The notes: generated from the letters alone by a model not told the origin. Positions 1 to 13,898 are shown, numbered from the stretch's first letter. The stretch: 32,000 nt of DNA from Bdellovibrionales bacterium (GCA_963692945.1 OY843585.1:270001-302000); one strand, 5' to 3'. Numbers and translations: made by a program.

Positions 1-769
1 TAGGGAGCAAGGAAGACTTATTGATAAAGGCTGTTCCAAAGTATTTTCCACCCAAAGCTCCTATAGAAAAATGAGGATAGACTTGTTCTTCTTCCACGTC
101 TTCTTTAGTAAAAAGATTCTTTCGCCCTTCAAAAAACACAAACCCTTTAAACATATCTCGTCCATAAGCCGTCAACATTTTTACAAAACCATTCCCTGTG
201 TCTTCTTTTGGAAGAGATTGACTAAAAACAGTTCTTACACCCTTTAGAGATCCTTTTTTTGGCTTGATATCAAGAGTTGTTTTTAAAAGAAATTTATCCT
301 CATCAATGGTTATTGTTTTTACTAGGCGAATCTCTTTTGTTACAAAAACACCTTTATATCCCTGCCTGTCTTTTTTGACTTTAAACGGAATCGTCTCCTT
401 AGATTGTAAAAGTTGAGTTGCAAACAAGGGCTGTTCCGTGCTTTTAAAAAAAATGGGGCTGCCTTTTTTGTCTGAAAATTCCTTCAGTTTAATCTCTTTA
501 ACTCCAAGCCCTTTTGAAGAAAAAACAATATCCATTTTTTTTCCAGAGTATTTGTAAAGTCTTTCTTTTGATACAGCTGGAGTTATTCTTGTTTTTGTTT
601 CCTTTAAAACCTCTTCTTTTAGAGTTTCTTTTTCACGAACAATGGGAGGCTTTGAAATGTTGGGATATTTTTTTTTCATATAAGCATCCCAAGCCAACCA
701 ACAAGCCCCTAAAGCAATGATAGCCAATAAAGAACTTTTATCTAAAAAATTATCTTTTCCTTGTTCCAT
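1..769 (-). CDS. yidC: membrane protein insertase YidC, N-terminal portion (gene continues past the left edge)
   Basis: Hand translation of the minus strand from ATG 769-767 stays open to position 1. It reads MEQGKDNFLDKSSLLAIIALGACWLAWDAYMKKKYPNISKPP...KKMDIVFSSKGLGVKEIKLKEF...GALGGKYFGTAFI, i.e. one N-terminal TM helix then a long soluble (periplasmic-type) domain. It is absent from the ORF track because it is open-ended. It is the last member of the conserved rpmH-rnpA-yidD-yidC order. Confidence 0.85.
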   Translation of the reverse strand, partial: MEQGKDNFLDKSSLLAIIALGACWLAWDAYMKKKYPNISKPPIVREKETLKEEVLKETKTRITPAVSKERLYKYSGKKMDIVFSSKGLGVKEIKLKEFSDKKGSPIFFKSTEQPLFATQLLQSKETIPFKVKKDRQGYKGVFVTKEIRLVKTITIDEDKFLLKTTLDIKPKKGSLKGVRTVFSQSLPKEDTGNGFVKMLTAYGRDMFKGFVFFEGRKNLFTKEDVEEEQVYPHFSIGALGGKYFGTAFINKSSLLP

Positions 770-1057
770 TTATTTTCCATTAAAATCTATGTCTTCTTTA
801 TTGTAAGAGGGTCCAAAGGGGTGACATTTTAAAAGTCGCTTGAAAACTATCTTTGTAGCTTCTAAAAAGGAATACTTTTTATAAGCTTCTAATGCATAGT
901 CACTGCAGCTTGGATAAAAACGACAGGCTGAACCCATCCCTAAAGTTCCAGAAAGAAAACTTTGATAAAAAGCCACAAGAAATAAACTTAAAAACTGTAA
1001 GCTCTTATTTAAACTCTTTGTAAACTTTTTCCATAACCTTTTTAAAAACACTGTCAA
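770..1057 (-). CDS. yidD: membrane protein insertion efficiency factor YidD
   Basis: The 95-aa ORF (TTG start) carries the YidD signature ...FYQSFLSGTLGMGSACRFYPSCSDYALEAYKKY...RLLKCHPFGP. Its stop abuts the yidC ATG. The 5' end overlaps the rnpA 3' end by 53 nt, so the true start may be slightly downstream. Confidence 0.9.
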   Translation of the reverse strand: MTVFLKRLWKKFTKSLNKSLQFLSLFLVAFYQSFLSGTLGMGSACRFYPSCSDYALEAYKKYSFLEATKIVFKRLLKCHPFGPSYNKEDIDFNGK

Positions 1058-1340
1058 AATCCTTCCTTTTAAGGTTTTTATAAAACCCTTTTTCTTTAGG
1101 TAGAAACATCACCAACAAAAACCCTTCGTTTAAAAAACTTCTCTTTAAGTCTTCACATCCCCATCGTTTTAATCTGTTTCTATCAACAGCTCTAGGAATA
1201 TACTTTTTAGGAAGGGACCAAGCTCCAAAAAGATCTTGTTCCTTGTTTTTAAAATAAAGAACTTTCATCCAGCTATAAAAAAAAGAACGTCCTTTATTTT
1301 TTACTAACCCTATATCTTTCTTCTTTTTAAGAGATTTCAA
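1005..1340 (-). CDS. rnpA: ribonuclease P protein component
   Basis: The basic small protein reads LKSLKKKKDIGLVKNKGRSFFYS...PRAVDRNRLKRW, which is RnpA-like, and it lies directly downstream of rpmH. The track ORF extends to 1409, but that extension overlaps rpmH. I place the start at TTG 1340-1338, 4 nt after the rpmH stop. Confidence 0.8.
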   Translation of the reverse strand: MKSLKKKKDIGLVKNKGRSFFYSWMKVLYFKNKEQDLFGAWSLPKKYIPRAVDRNRLKRWGCEDLKRSFLNEGFLLVMFLPKEKGFYKNLKRKDFDSVFKKVMEKVYKEFK

Positions 1341-1344
1341 GGGG

Positions 1345-1494
1345 TTACTTTTTGCCAATTGTAACAACGAGTTGTTTTCTTCCTTTTCTACGGCGACGAG
1401 ATAAAACATCTCTTCCTGATCGCGTCATTTGACGTTTCCTAAAACCATGACTCCTCTTTCTTTTCACTGAACTTGGCTGATATGTTCGTTTCAT
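1345..1494 (-). CDS. rpmH: 50S ribosomal protein L34
   Basis: Hand translation of the minus strand from ATG 1494-1492 gives [49 protein letters not shown], with stop TAA at 1347-1345. This is a canonical L34 sequence. At 49 aa it falls below the ORF-track size cutoff. Confidence 0.95.
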   Translation of the reverse strand: MKRTYQPSSVKRKRSHGFRKRQMTRSGRDVLSRRRRKGRKQLVVTIGKK

Positions 1495-1645
1495 AAAAAC
1501 TCACCTTTCTTTATATTAAGGTTTTGACGCACAATAAAACATTTTTTCTCTTCCCGTCAAGTCCTTAGCTATGTTAATCCTCTTAGATACCCCTTTTGCC
1601 CGAGGTTATTTTTAGTAAGTATTATTTCTTTTTTGGAGGCTTGTC

Positions 1646-2998
1646 TTGAAAACAAAGGTTCATCCTTTTTGGTCTAATTTTAAAACTTCTATTTTGAAAA
1701 AGAAAAATCAAGACAGTTTTTTTAAGACATGGTTAGAATCTGTCATTTCCGTCCAAGCAGAAAAAAAAGGCAATCAACACGTATTCACCATTCAAACTCC
1801 TTCTGAACTCCATAAAAAATGGATGCAAGAAAATCTTTTAGAAGACTTAAGAATCTCTTTAAAAAACTTCTATAAAGCCCCTTTTAATGTGCATTTTGAA
1901 ATCACACCTTGTTTGCCCTTCAAAACAAACCCTATAAACCCAGCAAAAAAGAACCTTCCTCTTGAAAAAACCGCCTCTTTTTTTAATCCCGACTATGTTT
2001 TTGAAAACTTTATTGTAGGCAGCCACAATGAATTTGCCTATTCGGCTTCTTTGGAAATGGTTAAAGGCACAAGCTCCTTTAACCCTCTTTTTATTTATAG
2101 CCCTTCCGGCCTAGGTAAAACACATCTTCTAAATGCTATTGGACAAAAAATTCTTCAAAACGAGCCTCGAACAAAAATTCGCTATCTGTCTGCCGAAAGG
2201 TTTTTAAATGAGTGCATTCAATCTATACAAAAAAAAGAAATGTCTTTATTCCGAAAAAAATACAGAAACAATTGTGATGTTTTGCTCATTGACGACATTC
2301 AAATGATTGCTAAAGGAGAAGCGGTTCAAGAAGAGTTTTTCCATACTTTTAACGATCTTCAAAGCCAAGGAGCGCGAGTTGTGCTTTGTTGTGACAAGCC
2401 CCCTGGACACATTAACCGATTAGAAGAAAGAGTAAAAACCCGTTTAGAAGGAGGTTTAATCTCTGATATTTTTTATCCTGATATAGAAACAAGGCTGGCT
2501 ATTATAAAACACAAAATCAATAAAAAGGATCTCGTCTTGTCTGAGGATTTGTGTTTTCAAATTGCTCAAACCTGTAAAAACTCTGTTAGAGAAATGGAAG
2601 GGGTTTTGAATAAAATTAAAATGATGTCTGAGCTTCATGGGGGTGGATTGCCTACGTCTCATATACAAAATATTTTAAAAGATATAGCGCAACCCGAGCT
2701 GACCGCAAACGAAATTCAAAAAAAGGTTTCTGAAGTTTTTCATTTATCTGTAGAGGATTTAAAATCTCAGACAAGAAAAAAAAATATCGTAATAGCTCGT
2801 CAAACAGCAATGTATTTTATTAAAAAATATCTTAAAAAGTCTTTAAGTGATGTGGGGGCTTTGTTTTATAAAAAAGACCACACCACCGTTATAAATTCCA
2901 TAAAAAAAGTGGAAAAGTTAAAGGCTGAAAACCCTGATTTTAAAAACCTTTTGAAAAATATCGACAATGATATACACAAATACAATAGGAATTGTTAA
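1646..2998 (+). CDS. dnaA: chromosomal replication initiator protein DnaA
   Basis: The 450-aa protein has a TTG start preceded by GGAGG at 1635-1639. It has an AAA+ Walker A (SPSGLGKTHLL), Walker B (LLIDDIQ) and a C-terminal DNA-binding domain (ARQTAMYFIKKY...DHTTVINSIKKVE). It sits in dnaA-dnaN-recF-gyrB synteny. Confidence 0.97.
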   Translation: MKTKVHPFWSNFKTSILKKKNQDSFFKTWLESVISVQAEKKGNQHVFTIQTPSELHKKWMQENLLEDLRISLKNFYKAPFNVHFEITPCLPFKTNPINPAKKNLPLEKTASFFNPDYVFENFIVGSHNEFAYSASLEMVKGTSSFNPLFIYSPSGLGKTHLLNAIGQKILQNEPRTKIRYLSAERFLNECIQSIQKKEMSLFRKKYRNNCDVLLIDDIQMIAKGEAVQEEFFHTFNDLQSQGARVVLCCDKPPGHINRLEERVKTRLEGGLISDIFYPDIETRLAIIKHKINKKDLVLSEDLCFQIAQTCKNSVREMEGVLNKIKMMSELHGGGLPTSHIQNILKDIAQPELTANEIQKKVSEVFHLSVEDLKSQTRKKNIVIARQTAMYFIKKYLKKSLSDVGALFYKKDHTTVINSIKKVEKLKAENPDFKNLLKNIDNDIHKYNRNC

Positions 2999-3181
2999 AA
3001 AGAAGAGGTTTTAAAAGGTGAATAACTATGTGGGAGAAAAAGAGGGTTATAAAATAACAAGTATTTAGTGGAAAACTTTTTGAGTTTCTCGTTAAAAAAT
3101 GTTTTTATTTCAAGGGTTTTACGAGATTTCCACAAAAATCACACCTCTAATACTACTTATTTAAAATAAAGGAAATTAGTT
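2999..3181. other. candidate oriC / DnaA-box cluster in the dnaA-dnaN spacer
   Basis: This 183-nt non-coding spacer holds degenerate DnaA boxes. These are agtggaaaa (3067-3075, 2 mismatches to TGTGGATAA), atttccaca (3126-3134, 2 mismatches to TTATCCACA, opposite orientation) and a weaker tgtgggaga (3029-3037). An AT-rich stretch follows at 3149-3181. The rpmH-dnaA spacer has no CCAC/GTGG core. Confidence 0.3.
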
Positions 3182-4290
3182 ATGAATATAAGTGTGAATA
3201 AAGAAGATTTACTACCTTTGTTAGGGCAGGTTCAAGGAATTTTAGAAAAAAGAACAAACCTTCCTATTCTTTCTAATATTTTAATTGATGCTCATGAAAA
3301 GAAAGCAAAAATTTTTGCCTCTGATTCGGAACTCAGTTTTTCTGGTGATTTTAAAAGTGCAATAAAAAAGGAAGGTAAAATTGTTGTTAACGGAAAGAAA
3401 CTTTTTGAAATCATTAAAGAACTTCCTTTAGGCCCTATTGTTTTAAGTGGTGAAAAAAACAATAATGTTAAAATAAAAGGTGAGCATTCTGTTTTTCGAA
3501 TCCATGGCTTAAAATCTGAGGATTTTCCTCCCTTCCCATCTTTTAAACAAAAAAACATTTATAAGATACCTGTAGAGGATTTATTGGAAGTGATTGATAA
3601 AACATTGTATTGCGTATCCTTAGATGAATCACGTTACCATTTAACAGGTGTTTTTTGTGAGCAGGTCTCTGATTCGTCTTGTCGGTTTGTAGCTACAGAC
3701 GGACACCGTATGAGTTTTATAGATATTTTACCTAAAGGTTTTAGTGGTTTTGAAGAGGGGATTATTATTCCTAGAAAAGGACTGCAAGAGATAAAAAAAA
3801 TGTTAGGGGTTTGTGAAGAAGGAGGAGTGGTTGAAATCTCCTTAGACAAACCAAGGTTGATAGTGAATTTTAAAAACCAAGTTTTGGCCATTCGCTTAAT
3901 AGAGGGGAATTACCCTAACTACAGTCTTCTTATTCCTAAAAAAGAAGGGAAAAAGATTTTAGTGGACAGAGAAACTTTTTTATCCGCTTTGAGAAGAGTT
4001 TCTGTTTTAACAAATGCAAGGTTTAAAGGAATCAATTTTGTCTTTAAAAACAACGCTTTAACTTTAGAGATTTCACAACCCGAGTTAGGGGAAGCTTCAG
4101 AGACAATAGATTGTAAATACAAAGGAGAGGAATTGAAAATTCGGTTCAACTCCAAATACATTTTAGATATTTTAAACTCTCTTCATGAAAACACTGTGAA
4201 AATAACTTTAAAAGACAGTCTTTCTTCTGGAATCATTCAAGGAGAAGGAGATGATAGGTACAAATCTATTGTTATGCCTATGAAGTTTTA

Positions 4291-4291
<1 letters not shown>
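3182..4291 (+). CDS. dnaN: DNA polymerase III subunit beta (sliding clamp)
   Basis: The 369-aa protein begins MNISVNKEDLLPLLGQVQGILEKRTNLPILSNILI, contains ...RFVATDGHRMS...IEGNYPNY, and ends ...IVMPMKF. This is the typical DnaN pattern, and it lies downstream of dnaA. Confidence 0.96.
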
Positions 4292-10258
<5,967 letters not shown>

Positions 10259-10281
<23 letters not shown>

Positions 10282-11044
10282 TTTTTGTTTTTTATTACTA
10301 CTGCCTTCTTGTTTTTTAAGGGGAAATCCTTTTTCTACAGCAAAAAAACTTTTTTCAGAAGGCCTTTGTAAAGAATCTTTACAAGCCTTTCAAAAAACAA
10401 CAGATAAAAAGAAAAAACATAAAAAATTTGCTTATCTTGCTGCAAGAGAGTGTCTCAAAAAATATAAAGAACCTGAAAGTTCTTTTTTATTTTATAAAGT
10501 CCTTTTGAATGAAGACTTAAAAAAAGATTCTTTTTTAAGGTTTAAAGAAAAAAAAGAAATTGAGTTAAAAATGGCTCATCTTGCTTTTTATGAGTTAAGG
10601 AATTACAAAACGGCTATAAAATATTATAAAGAAAAATTAAAATTCGTCCCCAAGCCTCATGAAAAGTTTAATATCCAATATCAAATGGCAAACAGTTTTT
10701 TTCTACTCAATAAATATGATCAATCACTAGAAGAAATTAAAAAAATTCTTTTAGAAAAGATAAGACCTTATGAGAAACAAAAAACAAAGGTTTTAAAAGG
10801 TAGAAATTTGATTGCTAAAAAAAAATTTGATGAAGCCATTCCTTTTTTTGAACAGCTTATAGTTGCTTACCCTAAAAAAGAATCTTTTTTTAGAGAGTAC
10901 TTGGTTCTTATTTATGAAGAAAAGAAAGAATTTCAGGCAGCCATTAGGGAAGTAGAAAAAATACAACCTCCTAGTTCATTCACTCGTCAAAAAATTCAAA
11001 GCCTTTATGAAAGACTAAAAAATCAACCGGGAGTTCGGTTATGA
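10259..11044 (+). CDS. TPR-like repeat protein with N-terminal signal/lipoprotein-like peptide
   Basis: The N-terminus is MKPLKIYSFCFLLLLPSCF (hydrophobic leader ending in Cys). The remainder is Lys-rich with TPR-like periodicity (AHLAFYELRNYKTAIKYYKEKL; YQMANSFFLLNKYDQSLEEIKKIL; LIAKKKFDEAIPFFEQLIVAYP). Function is unknown. It overlaps the gyrA 3' end by about 23 nt. Confidence 0.6.
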
Positions 11045-11211
11045 AAAAACTTTTTGCTATGGCTTTTGAGTTGTTAGCCTACATTGCTATTGGCTTAATT
11101 GTGGGTCGGTATATAGACGCTGCTTTTTCTTTAAAGGGCTGGGGTATTATAGGGAGTGTGTTTTTGGTTTATCTTTTATGGTTTCTTCAATTTTACAAAA
11201 GACTACGATGA
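11041..11211 (+). CDS. AtpZ/AtpI-family small membrane protein (ATP synthase operon gene 1-like)
   Basis: Hand translation gives MKKLFAMAFELLAYIAIGLIVGRYIDAAFSLKGWGIIGSVFLVYLLWFLQFYKRLR (56 aa, two predicted TM helices). There are ATGA overlaps with both neighbours. It sits immediately upstream of atpI-atpB-atpE. It is not in the ORF track because it is too short. Confidence 0.6.
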   Translation: MKKLFAMAFELLAYIAIGLIVGRYIDAAFSLKGWGIIGSVFLVYLLWFLQFYKRLR

Positions 11212-11537
11212 TAAAAAAAATCCTTTTTTTTCAAATCCTAGTGGGTCTGGGGCTTTTCTTGTTAAAAGGAATCTTTTCTTTTGATGTTTGGTCTTTTCTG
11301 GTTGGGTTTTTATTTGCACAATCTTATGCCGTTTTTTTCTTGTATGTTGCGAAGATTTTGTTTAAAAGAAAAGGGAAGTCCTCTTGGATTGTAGCTGTGC
11401 TTTCTTTTAAATGGGTGATACTTGTTTTTGTTTTATATGGAATTTTAAAATTTATGGAACCCTTAGGCTTTTTTATCGGTTTGCTTTCTATGCCTTCTTT
11501 TTTTATAACCTTTGCAATTCTTAAAAGAGAGCAATAA
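11208..11537 (+). CDS. atpI: ATP synthase protein I (AtpI-like membrane protein)
   Basis: This is a hydrophobic protein of about 110 aa (MIKKILFFQILVGLGLFLL...WIVAVLSFKWVILVFVLYGILKF...) directly upstream of atpB. The track ORF starts at ATG 11178. ATG 11208 gives a 4-nt ATGA coupling to the preceding small ORF. Either start is possible. Confidence 0.6.
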   Translation: MIKKILFFQILVGLGLFLLKGIFSFDVWSFLVGFLFAQSYAVFFLYVAKILFKRKGKSSWIVAVLSFKWVILVFVLYGILKFMEPLGFFIGLLSMPSFFITFAILKREQ

Positions 11538-11538
11538 A

Positions 11539-12225
11539 ATGTCTCATTTTACTTGGACTCATTTAATTTCATTCATAGGTCAGGAGTTCTATCATATTGC
11601 TTATAGTTTTCTTGCCGTGGCCATTGTTCTATTTTTAGGTTTGTTGGGGAGAAAGTCTCTCCAGAAAGAAAAATCCTTTATTCCAGAAGGGGTGTTTAAT
11701 ATCAAAGGATTTTTTGAGCTTTTTATGGAGCAAATTTCAAACCTTTCTGAATCCATAGTGGGGCCTGGTGGTCGCCCGATGATTCCTCTTTTTTGTTTCT
11801 TTTTTCTTTTTATTTGGGTTCAAAACCTTATAGGCCTTATTCCAGGATTTCTTCCTCCCACTCAAAATATAAATACGACAATGGCTTTAGGAACCTTTGC
11901 TTTTTTGGCTTACAATTACTATGGGTTTAAAGAGCATGGATTTTCTTATTTGAAGCAGTTTTTAGGGCCTGTTATTGTTCTAGCCCCTCTTTTTATTTTT
12001 ATAGAACTTTTATCCCATTTTTTTCGTTCTGTGAGTTTAGGATTTCGTCTTTTTGGAAATATGATGGGAGATCATGTTGTTATTAGCATTTTCTTAGACC
12101 TTGCTCCTTGGTTTATCCCTGTGATTTTTTACTTTTTAGGTCTTTTTGTTTGCACATTGCAGGCTTTTGTTTTTACTATCTTGTCTATGGTTTATGTGTC
12201 TTTGGCAATATCTCATGATCATTAA
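11539..12225 (+). CDS. atpB: F0F1 ATP synthase subunit a
   Basis: This is a multi-TM protein with the subunit-a signature ...SLGFRLFGNMMGDHVV... (conserved Arg in RLFGN). The start is taken at ATG 11539 (MSHFTWTHL), 1 nt after the atpI stop. The track ORF starts at 11512. Confidence 0.93.
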   Translation: MSHFTWTHLISFIGQEFYHIAYSFLAVAIVLFLGLLGRKSLQKEKSFIPEGVFNIKGFFELFMEQISNLSESIVGPGGRPMIPLFCFFFLFIWVQNLIGLIPGFLPPTQNINTTMALGTFAFLAYNYYGFKEHGFSYLKQFLGPVIVLAPLFIFIELLSHFFRSVSLGFRLFGNMMGDHVVISIFLDLAPWFIPVIFYFLGLFVCTLQAFVFTILSMVYVSLAISHDH

Positions 12226-12243
12226 TAAAAAAGGAGAAAGAAA

Positions 12244-12540
12244 ATGAAAAAAATAACAATACTATTTTTAACCTTTTTGCCTCTAGTTTCTCTAGGAGCA
12301 GAAGTGGTTGAATCCTCTGGAGGAGACGCCGGATTAAAAGCTCTTGCAGCAGCTCTTGCTATTGCTTTAGGAGCTCTTGGTGGAGCCTTAGGACAAGGGA
12401 AAGTGGCTTCGGCAGCTATGGAAGGGATTGCTAGAAATCCTCAAGCTGTAAAAGCTATGTTTGTTCCTTTTATGGTTGGATTGGCCATGATTGAATCTCT
12501 TGTTTTGTTTTGCTTAGTTATAGCAATGATAAAAACTTAA
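12244..12540 (+). CDS. atpE: F0F1 ATP synthase subunit c (with N-terminal signal-like extension)
   Basis: The 98-aa protein has a Gly-rich helix 1 (GALGGALGQG), an RNP loop (GIARNPQ) and a helix-2 carboxylate (GLAMIESLVLF). An extra roughly 30-aa N-terminus (MKKITILFLTFLPLVSLGA/EVV) looks like a signal peptide. The RBS GGAGA lies upstream. Confidence 0.93.
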   Translation: MKKITILFLTFLPLVSLGAEVVESSGGDAGLKALAAALAIALGALGGALGQGKVASAAMEGIARNPQAVKAMFVPFMVGLAMIESLVLFCLVIAMIKT

Positions 12541-12577
12541 AGATCAGAAACGTTAAGTCTTAAGTTAAAGATTATCT

Positions 12578-12608
12578 ATAAGCCTCTTTTTATAAAGAAG
12601 AGGCTTAT
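12578..12608. terminator. hairpin between convergent atpE and the R-M module (putative bidirectional terminator)
   Basis: There is a perfect 11-bp inverted repeat: ataagcctctt (12578-12588) and aagaggcttat (12598-12608). It is extendable by 2-3 further pairs around a 3-nt loop. The right arm overlaps the last codons of the nuclease ORF. No strong U-tract follows on either strand. Confidence 0.55.
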
Positions 12609-13174
12609 GAGCTGATTTGTTTGTTAAATAGAAAAGGGTCGTGCCAATAACAACCCTCACAAGTTCCCTCATACCTTAAAGTTCCTTTAAAAGTAGATTT
12701 TTTATATCCAAGTTTTTTAGCGTCAAACCTGTTCTTTGTTTTTCTACATTTTTTACAATGTTCTCTTTTTGTGGCATTAACAGTTTTGTGCATCGGTTGG
12801 AACATATTTTCTATTTGGTTATCAGGGCTAACATCAAAAATTTTGAAACCGTCTTTGTGATCGCATTCAAGAGAGTGTGTTGTATTTAAAACAACACAAG
12901 GCTTGGTTTTTATTTTTTTCTTTATAGAAGATTTTATGTTCGGACTATAACTATGATCTTTAAATCCTCTAAGCTGGATATATTGAGTTCCTCTTCCTTC
13001 TTTATGGATATAAACTATATAACTTTTAAGGCTTCTAGCCCATGGATTTCCATTTCTATAAGCAAGAGATTCGTATTCTTCTTTAAATTCACTAGGATAA
13101 ACTTTTCTAGAGAGTCCGGTCTGGTCTGGCTTTGCTAGTTCTAAAAAGAGTTCTTTTTTTGTCTTCTTCTTCAA
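12605..13174 (-). CDS. putative type II restriction endonuclease, Cys-rich HNH/beta-beta-alpha-Me-like
   Basis: The 189-aa ORF has a TTG start preceded by AGGAGA (complement of 13179-13184). It contains C-x10-C-D-H-K-D-G (PCVVLNTTHSLECDHKDG), then NMFQPMHKTVNATKREH, then CKKC and CEGC pairs. This resembles a zinc-stabilised HNH nuclease core. It is paired with and overlaps an upstream DNA methyltransferase gene. Confidence 0.5.
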   Translation of the reverse strand: MKKKTKKELFLELAKPDQTGLSRKVYPSEFKEEYESLAYRNGNPWARSLKSYIVYIHKEGRGTQYIQLRGFKDHSYSPNIKSSIKKKIKTKPCVVLNTTHSLECDHKDGFKIFDVSPDNQIENMFQPMHKTVNATKREHCKKCRKTKNRFDAKKLGYKKSTFKGTLRYEGTCEGCYWHDPFLFNKQISS

Positions 13175-13898
13175 TGCGTCTCCTGGCTTTTATTACATAC
13201 CTATTATCTTTATCGCCACCTATAAAGCGTCTCTTTAGTTTTAATGAGGCAACACCAGTTGTTCCTGAACCAAGAAAGGGATCAACAACTAAGTCGTTAG
13301 GTTGAGAGTGTTTCTTGATTATTTCTTCCATAAGTTTTAAAGGCTTTTGTGTAGGATGAAGTCTTTTTTCTCTATGTATGGGCATGGAATAAACCCCATT
13401 GTCATACTCGCTATTAAAAGTTGGCTTGCCACCCTTTACTCCCATAACAGCCACTTCTCTTGAGTTTGTTAAATAACTTCTTTTTGAATTCAAAGGAACA
13501 GGATTTGTTTTCTCCCAGATGATAAGTCGTAACATTTTAAACCCCGCTTTTTTAAAAGCCTCCTCTAACTTTGTGATTTTCCATAAATCATAAAAACAAA
13601 TTATTGTTCCACCATCCCTTAACGCTAAGTAACTGAGATTTGCAAATTCATTCAGGTTGATTTCTGTCTGATCCCATTCACCAAAATCCATAGATACAGC
13701 AAACCTTTTAACAGATTTTTTACCAATAGATTGAAATCCTGTTTTTTTTGAAATAGCGTAAGGTGGATCTGTTAAAATCAAATCTGTAGATTTTGAAGGA
13801 AGACTTTTCAACAAAACACTAAAGTCTAATTTCATTAAGAGGAATCGATTTGAGTTATTACTGAAAAGGTTTTTTATTTTTTTATGAGAGCAGTTCAT
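13107..13898 (-). CDS. DNA methyltransferase, beta-class (N6-adenine or N4-cytosine), DPPY motif
   Basis: The motif order is IV before I. Motifs are LILTDPPY (IV), GGTIICF, IIWEKTNP, HPTQKPLKLMEEII (X) and VVDPFLGSGTTGVAS (I, AdoMet binding). This circular permutation defines beta-class amino-MTases. The track ORF extends to 13934 (MKIK...). ATG 13898 (MNCSHKK...) has a purine-rich stretch upstream and is preferred. Confidence 0.85.
   Translation of the reverse strand: MNCSHKKIKNLFSNNSNRFLLMKLDFSVLLKSLPSKSTDLILTDPPYAISKKTGFQSIGKKSVKRFAVSMDFGEWDQTEINLNEFANLSYLALRDGGTIICFYDLWKITKLEEAFKKAGFKMLRLIIWEKTNPVPLNSKRSYLTNSREVAVMGVKGGKPTFNSEYDNGVYSMPIHREKRLHPTQKPLKLMEEIIKKHSQPNDLVVDPFLGSGTTGVASLKLKRRFIGGDKDNRYVIKARRRIEEEDKKRTLFRTSKARPDRTL

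Noticed and set aside
514-720. 68-aa plus-strand ORF (MKKKQYPFFFQSICKVFLLIQ...)
   Set aside because: It lies entirely antisense to the open yidC reading frame, which translates into a coherent YidC N-terminus. Its sequence is low-complexity Phe/Leu-rich, typical of the antisense of Lys/Glu-rich AT-rich genes.
1341-1409. 5' extension of the rnpA track ORF ([23 protein letters not shown])
   Set aside because: This stretch is the alternative frame of the clearly genuine rpmH (L34) coding sequence. A TTG at 1340 just after the rpmH stop gives a normal-length RnpA.
1495-1645. rpmH-dnaA spacer as oriC
   Set aside because: There are no DnaA-box cores (CCAC/GTGG) in the 151 nt. The only symmetry is TTGACG (1524-1529) and CGTCAA (1555-1560), which more likely represent divergent -35-like hexamers. 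The region is probably just the divergent promoter region.
11041-12540. Possibility that this is an N-type (Na+) alternative ATPase operon
   Set aside because: N-ATPase operons begin with atpD-atpC-atpQ-atpR and contain F1 genes. Here only Z/I/a/c are present, in the standard F0 order, which fits a split canonical F-type operon. The c subunit has only a partial Na+ signature.
12605-13174. Naming the nuclease as NlaIII/IceA-like, or assigning a recognition site
   Set aside because: This rests only on a vague recollection of similar Cys/His spacing. CATG, GATC and GANTC sites are all visibly present in the window, so there is no avoidance signal. The associated MTase is a short beta-class enzyme. 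This is not enough evidence to name a family or a specificity.
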